Assembly (NCBI GenBank): GCA_043823745.1
Contig: JBDRAN010000048.1
Coordinates: forward strand, 896 to 64,895
Direction: 5' to 3'
From: Candidatus Omnitrophota bacterium
Lineage (GTDB): Bacteria > Omnitrophota > Gorgyraeia > Duberdicusellales > 4484-171
Length of the DNA: 64,000 bases
Below the pieces are notes generated by a model. The model had not been told where the DNA came from, ran no database searches, and worked only from the letters and a program-made list of their open reading frames with translations. Position numbers and translations under genes: made by a program. Of the stretch, positions 47,123-56,283 are shown piece after piece. How positions within the stretch are numbered: position 1 is the first letter of the stretch; each line of letters starts with the position of its first letter.

Positions 47123-47191
47123 GTGCGAAGCCGTGCAAAGCCGTGCGTAGACGTGCGGAGCCTCCCCGTCAGGGGATCACCGGTAGGGACG
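47123..47191. repeat. REP-like hairpin repeat, copy 1 (GTGCGAAGCCGTGC...GGAGCCTCCCCgtcaGGGGATCaCCGTAGGGACG)
   Basis: Homologous to 61480..61528. An inverted partial copy is at 61365..61415. Confidence 0.6.
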
Positions 47192-47263
47192 CAATACGCA
47201 ATGCAAAAGCAAGTTAATAGTAAATCATTGTATTTTCCTCCAGCCCGTATATAATTTATATAG

Positions 47264-49147
47264 ATGGATCATCAGCAACAACCTCATAAAGAAAGAATTC
47301 CCGGGCACCTTGCGCATTGGCTTCAGCGAGCGCTCGGCGTCTGGCTCGGGGCAGGGATCATCACGCAGGAACAGGTTGGTCAGATTAAAGAGTCGTATGT
47401 CTGGCCGAAAGGATTCTTTGGGGCGCGCCGTCACGTTAAGTTTGTTTCCGCCCTGCAGGCAATCGGAGCCGTTCTGATCGGTATCGGCGTTTTGTCCCTG
47501 GTTGCGTTTAACTGGGTGCGCTTGGGTAATGTTACTAAACTGCTCATTATCGTCTGCGCTCTGGTTGGGACCCATTGTGTCGGTTTTTTTGTTTCAATGC
47601 GGCGCCCTCATTTCGCTAAAACCGGCGCAAGCCTTATTTTTTTGGCAAATCTTCTGTATGGCGGAGGAATCTGGCTGGTTGCCCAGATGTACCATATTCA
47701 GGCAACATTTGCCACCGGAGTTTTCCTCTGGGCGGTCGGCGTCGTCCCGTTTGCCTACGTTATACGCTCACGCTTGAATTACTATTTAACGATTACGCTT
47801 TTTATTCTTTGGACGTTCGCCGAAACGTTTGCCATGAAGGTGCCTCATTTCGCCTTCCTTTTCGTGCTTTTGGGGTTGCTTCTGCCCCTTTCCTATTACC
47901 TTAAGGAGTGGATCGGTCTGAACATTTGTATTATTACCGGGGGTATCTGGCTCCTGAGTAATACGTTTTTCTGGTGTGACAGCCGCTTTGTCGTTGAGTG
48001 TCTTCTCCCGTTAGCTCTTTATGGCATCACGCTTCTTGCACTTTCGAATTTTCATTATGTGCACCGGATGTTTAAGCCGTATGCCGGTATCTATTTATAT
48101 AACGGTATTGGTTTTACGGGCGCCGTTCTGCTTATCGTGCCTTTTTTTGGTCTCCTGCGTTATGAGTCGCTCGCGCTCACGTATGCGTACCGCTATATCC
48201 CTTACTGGGCGTGTAATTACGCGCTTATCGTTTTTATGTTTACGGCAAAGATAATCGCCCGGCGCGTTGCGCTGGATAAACGCTCAGTGGTCGTTGATAA
48301 GATGATCCCGTTTTTGCTGATAGCCGCTCTCTACACCCTTGTGGTGCCCCAGAGAAAACCTTCTTTTTTGATAAATCTTATCCCGTTGATCATGATTTCT
48401 TTTATGCATTGGTACTATTCTCGTTCGCGCGTTTTTCTTAACGGCATGATTGTGTATTGTATTTTATGGCTGCCCTTCTTTTTAGTTGACTGGAACCAAA
48501 CCCTGCTTGTGTTTATACTCGAGCTTGCCTGCGGAGCTTTCTGCTATATGCTTGGCAGTTTTCATCAGGCTAAATATAACGCGCGTGCCCAGGCGATTCT
48601 TTTTAAAGTGTTCGGTCTGCTGATTTTTTTTAGTTCCTGTTATGTTGTTTCGTTCCAGGCCGTAGGAAGAGTTTTTTCGCGTGGTTTTAAATTCCCCTCA
48701 CTCGTTGATTTTTGGCTGCTTTTTTCTGCCGCATACCTCGGTATTCTTGTCCTTTACCGGGCATTGGCGCCGCTTAAATACCCCCGGCATAAACACGGTT
48801 TACTGCCGGAGGAGCAATATCTCGTTACGTTCCTGCCGTTTGCCGCGCCCCTGCTTCTTATTGCTATCGCCTCGCGGTCGGTTGACTTTTGGTACACCTT
48901 CGGCACCAATACTTTGTACCTGGGCATTCTCGTCGCATTCATCGCAGTCGGATACCGGCGTAATGAGCTTTACACGAAAGCCCTCGCATTTAGTTTTCTT
49001 GTTCTGTTAGTATTGAGTCGATATCTTGAGCTGGAATGGAGTCTTTTTTACAAGGCTGTTCTTTTCATCGTGACGGGTATTTTTATTCTCGTGATCGGAA
49101 TTTTTGCCGAGAAGCATAAACACGAGGCGGTAGTCATTGAGAAATAA
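47264..49147 (+). CDS. large polytopic membrane protein (DUF2157/DUF4401-like)
   Basis: 627 aa with about 16 TM helices. Its partner downstream is a GDYG-motif protein, matching the known DUF2157/DUF4401/GDYG gene triad. Confidence 0.35.
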   Translation: MDHQQQPHKERIPGHLAHWLQRALGVWLGAGIITQEQVGQIKESYVWPKGFFGARRHVKFVSALQAIGAVLIGIGVLSLVAFNWVRLGNVTKLLIIVCALVGTHCVGFFVSMRRPHFAKTGASLIFLANLLYGGGIWLVAQMYHIQATFATGVFLWAVGVVPFAYVIRSRLNYYLTITLFILWTFAETFAMKVPHFAFLFVLLGLLLPLSYYLKEWIGLNICIITGGIWLLSNTFFWCDSRFVVECLLPLALYGITLLALSNFHYVHRMFKPYAGIYLYNGIGFTGAVLLIVPFFGLLRYESLALTYAYRYIPYWACNYALIVFMFTAKIIARRVALDKRSVVVDKMIPFLLIAALYTLVVPQRKPSFLINLIPLIMISFMHWYYSRSRVFLNGMIVYCILWLPFFLVDWNQTLLVFILELACGAFCYMLGSFHQAKYNARAQAILFKVFGLLIFFSSCYVVSFQAVGRVFSRGFKFPSLVDFWLLFSAAYLGILVLYRALAPLKYPRHKHGLLPEEQYLVTFLPFAAPLLLIAIASRSVDFWYTFGTNTLYLGILVAFIAVGYRRNELYTKALAFSFLVLLVLSRYLELEWSLFYKAVLFIVTGIFILVIGIFAEKHKHEAVVIEK

Positions 49148-49688
49148 GAAAGTAGCTATTCTGATCTTTTTATGTGCGGTTATCGCCCAGGTGCTCTTGT
49201 TGTATATGACGGTAACCTTTAAGGAGCGCAGCATCCGTTCCGGCACCAAGATCATCGTAAAAACGATTCCTGTTGATCCCCGCAGTATCTTTCGGGGCGA
49301 TTATATCCGGCTGCGGTATGAGTTCTCCCAGATTGATTTACGGAAAATAAAAAACGATAATGCTGATTTTTATCGCGGTAGAGTAATCTTTGTTAAACTC
49401 ATCCGTCTGGGCGCTGAATGGCGCGTTGCCCAAGTGAGCGGAAAGCTTATTCCGGTTCAAGGGAGCGATGAAGTGGTATTGCGGGGAATTGTTGATGAAG
49501 CGCGTCCCGGGAACTTCGTGAATGTCAGTTACGGTATCGAGAGCTATTTTGTACCCGAAGGCCGCGGCGCCTACATTGAACGTCATGTCTCGCGCAAAAG
49601 CGTTACGGTTCAATTGTCGGTTGATAGAAGCGGTTCCGTTTCCGTATATAAGATATTTATCGACGGTAAAGAGGTGTCTTTTACGTAG
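49137..49688 (+). CDS. GDYG domain protein (membrane-anchored)
   Basis: N-terminal TM helix and a FRGDYIRLRYEF motif. Overlaps the upstream membrane protein gene. Confidence 0.35.
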   Translation: MRNKKVAILIFLCAVIAQVLLLYMTVTFKERSIRSGTKIIVKTIPVDPRSIFRGDYIRLRYEFSQIDLRKIKNDNADFYRGRVIFVKLIRLGAEWRVAQVSGKLIPVQGSDEVVLRGIVDEARPGNFVNVSYGIESYFVPEGRGAYIERHVSRKSVTVQLSVDRSGSVSVYKIFIDGKEVSFT

Positions 49689-49824
49689 TCCTTCCGTTTC
49701 TGGTCGTGTTGTGCCCCAGGGTGTTTATCGTTAATGAGGATTGAAAAAAATATGGTGAGGATATAATTGTGCAGCGCGTACGTACCGTGAATATTTTTGT
49801 GTGGGCAACGAAAAGGGGGTTTTC

Positions 49825-51258
49825 ATGAGTGGAATTTTCGGTGTGGTTTCCAAAGAAAATTGTCTTCCGGTTTTATTTTATGGCACCGATTATCATTCGC
49901 ATATGGGTACCGAGTACGGGGGTATTGCCGTTTTGGATGGACAGTTTAAGCGTCAAATCCACAATATCAGTGTCAGTCAGTTTAAGTCGAAATTCTTTGA
50001 CGATTATAAACGTTTCGAGGGCAATAAGGGTATCGGGGTTATCAGCGATTCTGATGAGCAGCCGATTTTTCTTCATTCGAAATTTGGCCCGTTATGTATT
50101 GTGACCGTTGGGCTTATCGAAAATAAAGAGCAGTTAACGGCGGGGCTTCTTGAGAGAGGTCTTTCATTTAGTGAAGTCACCAGGGGAGGAATCAATACGA
50201 CGGAATTGATCACGAAGCTTATTACGCAGGGGAACACGTTGGTTGATGGGATCGAGAAGATGTTCGATGTCATTGACGGTTCGTGTTCTCTTCTGGTGCT
50301 AACCAAAGAGGGGGTTTATGCCGCTCGTGATCGCTTTGGTTATACTCCTTTGACGATCGGGAAAAAGCCGGATACCTGGGCGGTTACGTCTGAGACCAGC
50401 GTTTTTCCTAATCTTGGCTTTGAATTACATAAACACCTTGAGCCCGGTGAAATAATTCTTATTACCGAGGATGGGTTATCTCAGAAGCGCGCAGGCTCCC
50501 TGGCCAACCAGATTTGTTCTTTCTTATGGATATATACGGGATTTCCGGCGTCAATCTATGAGGGAATTAATGTGGAGGTTGTGCGTGAGCGCTCCGGTAG
50601 GGCTTTGGCGCGCCGTGACAAGGATATTAAAGTTGATATTGTATGTGGCATTCCTGATTCCGGGATCGGACACGCGCTGGGCTATGCCGCCGAATCAGGT
50701 AAGCCCTACAAGCGTCCGCTTGTCAAATATACACCTGGTTACGGAAGAAGTTATACCCCGCCGTCCCAGGAAACGCGCGATTTAGTCGCCAAGATGAAGT
50801 TGATACCGATTCGGGACATCATAGCCGGCAATCGGATCGCTGTCTGCGATGACTCGATCGTTCGAGGAACACAACTTAAAAATTTTACCATTAATAAACT
50901 TTGGGAAGCCGGAGCCAAGGAGGTGCATATCAGGCCGGCGTGTCCGCCGCTTCTATTTCCTTGTAAATTCTGTCTTTCAACGCGCAGTATCCATGAGCTC
51001 GCCGCACGCAGAGCCATTAAAGCGCTGGAAGGCCAAGACCGGGAAGATATACAGGAGTATATCAATCACAATTCTCTACACTACAAGAAGATGGTAGAGT
51101 GGATATGTCGTGATATTGAAGCGACGACGTTGCGGTATCAGACGATTGACGATATGGTTGCGTCAATCGGATTACCCAAAGAACGGCTATGCCTTTATTG
51201 CTGGACGGGAAATTGCCCCAATGCAAAGCAGGCAACCGGAAAAAACAAACCATTATGA
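49825..51258 (+). CDS. amidophosphoribosyltransferase (PurF)-like protein with Ser replacing the N-terminal nucleophile Cys
   Basis: RBS aaaaggggg before ATG-AGT (MSGIFGVV versus the MCGIVG of PurF). C-terminal PRTase domain conserved (DIVCGIPDSGIGHALGYA..., CDDSIVRGTQ, PACPPLLFPC). Confidence 0.5.
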   Translation: MSGIFGVVSKENCLPVLFYGTDYHSHMGTEYGGIAVLDGQFKRQIHNISVSQFKSKFFDDYKRFEGNKGIGVISDSDEQPIFLHSKFGPLCIVTVGLIENKEQLTAGLLERGLSFSEVTRGGINTTELITKLITQGNTLVDGIEKMFDVIDGSCSLLVLTKEGVYAARDRFGYTPLTIGKKPDTWAVTSETSVFPNLGFELHKHLEPGEIILITEDGLSQKRAGSLANQICSFLWIYTGFPASIYEGINVEVVRERSGRALARRDKDIKVDIVCGIPDSGIGHALGYAAESGKPYKRPLVKYTPGYGRSYTPPSQETRDLVAKMKLIPIRDIIAGNRIAVCDDSIVRGTQLKNFTINKLWEAGAKEVHIRPACPPLLFPCKFCLSTRSIHELAARRAIKALEGQDREDIQEYINHNSLHYKKMVEWICRDIEATTLRYQTIDDMVASIGLPKERLCLYCWTGNCPNAKQATGKNKPL

Positions 51259-52112
51259 AGATTATCGATATTCTTATAACGCATCCTAAGGGAGTGGCGT
51301 TTGAGTTTTTCCCTCCCCGCACCGACGCCGGAAGAAATGCCCTTGTCACCACGGTTCGCGCGCTTGAGGGCTATAACCCACTGTATACGTCAATGACGTA
51401 TGGCGCGCTTGGTTCAACCCAGGAGCGCACCAGGGAAGCGACCTACATGCTTCTTGAGCACAAAAGCATTACAGTGATGCCGCATTTGACCTGTATCGGT
51501 GCCACGGCCGCATCAATCGGAAGCTTGCTTGATGAATACAAGGCGAAGGGGTTAGAAAATATTATGGCATTGCGGGGTGATGTTCCCCAGGGTGTTACTG
51601 ATTTTGATTTTTCAAAACAAGAGTTTCCGTACGCCCGCCAGCTTGTTTCGTTTATCCGCGCGTATAACCATTTTTGTATCGGCGTTGCGGTGTATCCGGA
51701 GGGCCACCTTGAAGATGTTTCGTTTGATGTCCATCTTGAGTATATGAAACGCAAAATCGACGCCGGAGCCTCATTCGCGGTAACCCAGATGTTTTTTGAT
51801 AATAGTTATTTTTACGCGTTCATTGAGCGTCTGCGAAAAGAGGGTATAACGATCCCGATTTTACCCGGGATCTTGCCGCTTACCGACATACAAAAGGCGC
51901 GGCAATTTTGTTCGACGTGTAAGGTTTCAATTCCCGATGTGCTTGCCGCGCGGCTTGACGCCTACCGCGAAAAACCACCCGAAATGCTTGCGGCAGGAAT
52001 TGAGGCGACCATTGCCCAGTGCCGCGATCTTATCGCGCATGGCTATCAGCAGCTTCATTTTTTTACTCTCAATAAGCCCGAGGTAATGAAGGCCATCTTG
52101 AGCGCGATTTAA
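51255..52112 (+). CDS. metF: 5,10-methylenetetrahydrofolate reductase (MetF family)
   Basis: FEFFPPRT...MTYGALGST...HLTCIGAT...ALRGD motifs. 285 aa. ATGA overlap with the purF-like gene. Confidence 0.6.
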   Translation: MKIIDILITHPKGVAFEFFPPRTDAGRNALVTTVRALEGYNPLYTSMTYGALGSTQERTREATYMLLEHKSITVMPHLTCIGATAASIGSLLDEYKAKGLENIMALRGDVPQGVTDFDFSKQEFPYARQLVSFIRAYNHFCIGVAVYPEGHLEDVSFDVHLEYMKRKIDAGASFAVTQMFFDNSYFYAFIERLRKEGITIPILPGILPLTDIQKARQFCSTCKVSIPDVLAARLDAYREKPPEMLAAGIEATIAQCRDLIAHGYQQLHFFTLNKPEVMKAILSAI

Positions 52113-52159
52113 TCGCCCGCGATAGATTGGAATTGAACGCGGGCGATTATGCCGCCGAA

Positions 52160-52228
52160 GTTGCGGGAAATTGTCGTGCTCGCAGGGCGAGCGAGAGAAT
52201 TTACCGCATATTAGGCTGAGGCGGCACA
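52160..52228. repeat. structured repeat, copy 1 (GTTGCGGGAAATTGTC...GAGAATTTaCCGC...GCtGAGGCGGcAC)
   Basis: Second copy at 57729..57800. 10-bp stem gcgggaaatt/aatttcccgc enclosing an inner hairpin. Followed by the perfect 16-bp palindrome ctctgggtacccagag at 52231..52246. Confidence 0.55.
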
Positions 52229-52269
52229 GAGAAACTCTGGGTACCCAGAGTGATTTTGTTGAGGACTCG

Positions 52270-52986
52270 ATGATGCAACTCTACGGAAAAAATTCTGTTT
52301 TTGAGCGCTTAAAAACAAATTATGCAAGTATCAGGAAAATTATCGTGCTGGATACTTTTCGCGCTCCGCATATTGAGAAGCTGATAAGCGCGCATCACAT
52401 TTCGGCGCAGCGGCTTCGTGAGCGGGAATTTTCGCGGATGCGGACCAGTGAGCATTCCCAAGGGGTCATCGCCGAAGTTGATGAGTTTACCTACGCGTCG
52501 GTAGTTGAATATCTGGCGAAGCAGGATAAGAAAACCGTTTTTGTTTTTCTTGACCGCGTTTTTGATCCGCAGAATTTAGGCGCGATAATGCGTACACTCG
52601 CCTGTTTCGGCGGTTTTCTGCTGGTTATCCCGAAGTTTAAGGCCTGCGCCATAACCGAAACGGTACTGCATGTCGCTCAAGGAGCCGAGAATTACGTACC
52701 GGTTTCCATGGTTACTAATTTATCCGGCGCGATCATCGAGGCGAAAAAGGCGGGATATTGGATTTTGGGAGCAAGTATCGAAGAAGATGCGCAGGATATT
52801 GCACGCGTTTCCATACCGTTTCCCCTGGCGCTTGTGCTTGGCTCGGAGGGTGAAGGGATCCGCTATGGCGTGGACAAGCACCTCGACATTAAAGCGCGCA
52901 TCCCGATGGCTGGCGCGCCGCTTTCACTTAACGTTACTCATGCGTGCGCAATTTTCGCGTACGAGATCGGAAAACAGCGAGGGTAA
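52270..52986 (+). CDS. SpoU/TrmH family RNA 2-prime-O-methyltransferase (RlmB-like)
   Basis: VFLDRVFDPQNLGAIMRT, LVLGSEGEGI and PLSLNV motifs. The start is set at MMQLYGK (RBS gagga) because the longer ORF would run through the upstream repeat. Confidence 0.55.
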   Translation: MMQLYGKNSVFERLKTNYASIRKIIVLDTFRAPHIEKLISAHHISAQRLREREFSRMRTSEHSQGVIAEVDEFTYASVVEYLAKQDKKTVFVFLDRVFDPQNLGAIMRTLACFGGFLLVIPKFKACAITETVLHVAQGAENYVPVSMVTNLSGAIIEAKKAGYWILGASIEEDAQDIARVSIPFPLALVLGSEGEGIRYGVDKHLDIKARIPMAGAPLSLNVTHACAIFAYEIGKQRG

Positions 52987-52990
52987 TTAA

Positions 52991-53593
52991 ATGTCAAAAA
53001 AAAATAGTTCCATAAATTTTGGCCCCGTGGTCGATTTTATTCTTGAGGCAGGGCTCCTGAAGCGCGTTGAGCGGTCCGGCTGGTCGGTGGTGGGGATGAA
53101 ACAGAAGGAGTCAGTTGCCGAGCACAGCTTTCGCTGCGCCATTATCGGTTACCTTTTAGCGTCTCTGGAGGGCGCTGACAGCTCTCGTGTTATATTGATG
53201 ACTCTTTTTGGGGATATGCATGAGGCGCGTATTACCGATTTGCATAAAATGGCGCAACGGTATATCGACGTGCGGGAGGCAGAGTCTGCCGCTTTTTCTG
53301 GTCAGATCAGCCGTTTGCCGGAACCGATGGCTTGCGAACTTGCCCGTATGCGCCGGGAATACACGGCGCAGGAGACAAAAGAGAGTATTATTGCCCGGGA
53401 TGCAGATATCTTGGAATGTCTTATCCAGGCAAAAGAATATTATGAGTTCGGGTTTAGCGTCGCGTCTCATTTTATGAAAAAAGCCCCGCAATTTCTCGTA
53501 ACAAAATCTGCCCGCCAGCTTTGGAAAAAATCTCTCTCGCGAGACATAAGCGCCTGGTGGATGTCTTTAAGCGATTTTAAACGCCAGCCATAG
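52991..53593 (+). CDS. HD domain phosphohydrolase (YfbR-like 5-prime-deoxynucleotidase family)
   Basis: HSFRCAIIGYLLA (H...HD) and later D...D motifs. 200 aa. Confidence 0.45.
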   Translation: MSKKNSSINFGPVVDFILEAGLLKRVERSGWSVVGMKQKESVAEHSFRCAIIGYLLASLEGADSSRVILMTLFGDMHEARITDLHKMAQRYIDVREAESAAFSGQISRLPEPMACELARMRREYTAQETKESIIARDADILECLIQAKEYYEFGFSVASHFMKKAPQFLVTKSARQLWKKSLSRDISAWWMSLSDFKRQP

Positions 53594-53603
53594 GATTGCC
53601 AAT

Positions 53604-54800
53604 ATGAAAAAATCTTTATGCTCCGGGAAGCCGGTTTCGGCGGATACAAAATATATCGTTAATTGCGCCGGTCAAAAAGTAGCAGTTTCTTCGGAGGGTT
53701 TTCGGGCCCGCTGCGCTATCGGCAACACGGATGATTATCTGAGCGCGCTTAAGCGTTCTTTGAGTAAAAAGATTATCGCACTTGGTCCTCCGTCGCGCTT
53801 GACCGTTATAATCCCTTCGTATAATTCCAAAGAAAAGTTCCTCGAAACATTGCTGTCGGTATTTTCCCAACGGCTCTCAATGCCGGCAGAAGTTCTTGTA
53901 TTTATCAATGAACCTCCCGGCGCAGAGAGCAGCGTACGCGTGGTCAATGATCGTAACGAAGCCTTGATTGGTTTCCTGCAAGATAGACGCGCTCGCCCGG
54001 CTGCATTCTCACGTCAAGAGTTTTCAAAGATTATTACTGCCGTTCGCAAAAACAGGCATTTGCGCTTGCGATGTGTGCGCGAGCAGTTTCTCGGAGGCCT
54101 CCCGGAAGCGTATCAACGAGCGATTGCTTCTTCGGTTGCCCGCCTGCGCTATTTTTGTGACCGGCATGCGCGCGGCCGCGAAGAGAAAATACGCCTGATC
54201 CATAAGTATTTCCATAACACGTTTTTACTTATCCTTGATGATGATACGAAATTTACTTCTTCGGATGCGCTCGCCAACGCCTATCGCTACGCGCTTAACA
54301 ATAACGCGGTGGTTTTGGGCCGGCTGCGTATCGCACGCGTCAGTACCGTTAAAAAATATAGTTTTATTCTGTGCCGGCTGATGCAGCTTTTTCTTGATTT
54401 TAAACACGATTGCCAATTGAATTTTCTTACGCCCCGCGGTATCTCGTGCGCCGACGTTGTGGCGACCGGGGCCATCACCACGAACGTTCCGTTTGCCGAT
54501 CAGCTTTTTTTTGCTCGTGCGGCACGCGAACGCCCGCGTTATTTTCTTGATGCGACAACTACGATCGCAGAGTCAGATCATCCGGGTAACGGCAATTTCT
54601 TGCGGCAGCTTCGGCAGTATCTCCAAGGCCATGATAACGCTGCGCTTGATTTATTCGAGAATGTGCGCGCTCGTTACCAGGAGAAAAAGCATCACGGAAA
54701 ATATTGTGCCGCTGACGTTGAGAAGCTTATAGCGGCGCTTACGACACGCAACCTCAAAAATATCGCTTCGGTGGCTGCGCAAATCTTTGCTGTCGTGTAA
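53604..54800 (+). CDS. GT2-like glycosyltransferase-domain protein
   Basis: VIIPSYNSKEKFLETLLSVFSQ GT2 N-terminal motif and an ILDDDT DxD motif. The remainder is not recognisable. Confidence 0.35.
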   Translation: MKKSLCSGKPVSADTKYIVNCAGQKVAVSSEGFRARCAIGNTDDYLSALKRSLSKKIIALGPPSRLTVIIPSYNSKEKFLETLLSVFSQRLSMPAEVLVFINEPPGAESSVRVVNDRNEALIGFLQDRRARPAAFSRQEFSKIITAVRKNRHLRLRCVREQFLGGLPEAYQRAIASSVARLRYFCDRHARGREEKIRLIHKYFHNTFLLILDDDTKFTSSDALANAYRYALNNNAVVLGRLRIARVSTVKKYSFILCRLMQLFLDFKHDCQLNFLTPRGISCADVVATGAITTNVPFADQLFFARAARERPRYFLDATTTIAESDHPGNGNFLRQLRQYLQGHDNAALDLFENVRARYQEKKHHGKYCAADVEKLIAALTTRNLKNIASVAAQIFAVV

Positions 54801-54823
54801 GATAATCTATTCACGCATTAAGT

Positions 54824-56119
54824 ATGAAACGAGGAAATATTTTTCTTACGCATATTAGCCGGCTTACGTTTATCCTGCGCGCGTTGCGCTACCGCAATTA
54901 TCGTCTTTTCTTTTTCGGCCAGGGGGTTTCGCTTGTCGGCTCCTGGATGCAACTGGTTACGGTAAGTTGGCTGGTGTACCGCTTGACTTCGTCAGCTTTT
55001 CTTTTAGGTGTGGTTGCGTTCGCCAGCCAAGTCCCCGCATTTATTTTTTCACCGTTCGCGGGTGTACTGGCTGACCGCTTTAACCGTAAGGCCATTCTTA
55101 TGATAACACAGGCGCTGGCGATGGTTCAGGCGGCTATTCTGGCGTATCTTGCGTTGTTTGGTATTATCCGGGTTTGGCAGATCATTACGTTAAGCCTCGC
55201 GGCGGGTTTGATCAACGCGTTTGACGCGCCGGTCCGGCAGGCGTTTGTGCTCGACATGGTCGAGGACAAGAAAGATTTAGGTAACGCAATCGCGCTTAAT
55301 TCGTTAATATTTAACTCCGCCAAATTGATCGGTTCGTCGCTTGCGGGGGTTCTTTTAGTTTTTATAAACGAAGGGGTTTGTTTTCTGATCAACGCGATCA
55401 GTTTCCTGGCGGTTATTATCGCGCTGGCAGCCATGAAAATAAAGATTGGATACCGCGTCCATGCTCGATCGCGTGTTTTAGACGAGTTGCGGGATGGTTT
55501 TGTGTATGTGGGCCGGCACGTGCCCATACGCTCAATACTTCTTTTGGTGACCGTCTTAAGCTTGCTTGGTATGTCGTATATGGTTCTGATGCCGGTTATC
55601 GCAAAAAACATTCTGGGTGGCGGCGCGCAAACCCTGGGGTTTCTTATCGGCTCGATCGGCCTGGGGGCGCTCGTCGGCGCACTGTATCTGGCATCGCGTA
55701 CGCAGCTTGCCGGGCTTCAAGATATTATTTTTTGGGCCTCGGTTGTCTTTGGTGCAGCCCTTGTCGCCTTTTCATTTTCTCGCGTATTTTGGATCTCGTT
55801 CTTTTTAATGGCTATTGCCGGATTCTCCATGATCGCGCAGATGGTCGCCAGTAACACGCTCCTTCAAAATTTGTCGGAATACTCAAAGCGCGGCAGAGTG
55901 TTGAGTTTCTACACCACGGCGTTTATGGGAATGATGCCCTTTGGTAGCCTTTTTGCCGGGGCTTGCGCCGCAAAAATCGGCGCGCCCATTACCTTATGCA
56001 TCAGCGGCCTTTTGTGTGTCATAGCCGCTCTTTTCTTTGGAACAAAACGTAAGGTGCTTACGGCGGCGATCGAGACGGTGCGCAAAGAAGAGGAACCGGC
56101 GCCGTTCCTTGTCCCGTGA
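54824..56119 (+). CDS. MFS transporter
   Basis: 12 predicted TM helices and a GVLADRFNRK-type MFS loop motif. Confidence 0.55.
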   Translation: MKRGNIFLTHISRLTFILRALRYRNYRLFFFGQGVSLVGSWMQLVTVSWLVYRLTSSAFLLGVVAFASQVPAFIFSPFAGVLADRFNRKAILMITQALAMVQAAILAYLALFGIIRVWQIITLSLAAGLINAFDAPVRQAFVLDMVEDKKDLGNAIALNSLIFNSAKLIGSSLAGVLLVFINEGVCFLINAISFLAVIIALAAMKIKIGYRVHARSRVLDELRDGFVYVGRHVPIRSILLLVTVLSLLGMSYMVLMPVIAKNILGGGAQTLGFLIGSIGLGALVGALYLASRTQLAGLQDIIFWASVVFGAALVAFSFSRVFWISFFLMAIAGFSMIAQMVASNTLLQNLSEYSKRGRVLSFYTTAFMGMMPFGSLFAGACAAKIGAPITLCISGLLCVIAALFFGTKRKVLTAAIETVRKEEEPAPFLVP

Positions 56120-56205
56120 CGGCATACGCTAATTACCGCGAATTCCGAAGAACGCTAATTTCCGCGAATCTATCGTCTGACGGCATACGCCCTGCATTTC
56201 TCGAT

Positions 56206-56250
56206 CTGCCATCTGCAATCTGGCATCTGCAATCTGGCATCTGTAATCTG
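56206..56250. repeat. 14-bp tandem repeat (CATCTGCAATCTGG, about 3 copies) upstream of the GGDEF gene promoter
   Basis: atctgccatctgcaatctggcatctgcaatctggcatctgtaatctg. Further direct repeats (tgacggcatacgc x2, acgctaattNccgcgaat x2) lie at 56116..56190. A TATAAT sits at about 56263. Confidence 0.8.
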
Positions 56251-56283
56251 TTGTAAAGTATGATATAATATATTTATAAATTC

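Noticed and set aside
52171-52269. Longer N-terminal extension of the RlmB-like ORF
   Set aside because: The extension would translate through the 70-nt structured repeat and a 16-bp palindrome. An RBS-supported ATG at 52270 starts the conserved SpoU N-terminus.
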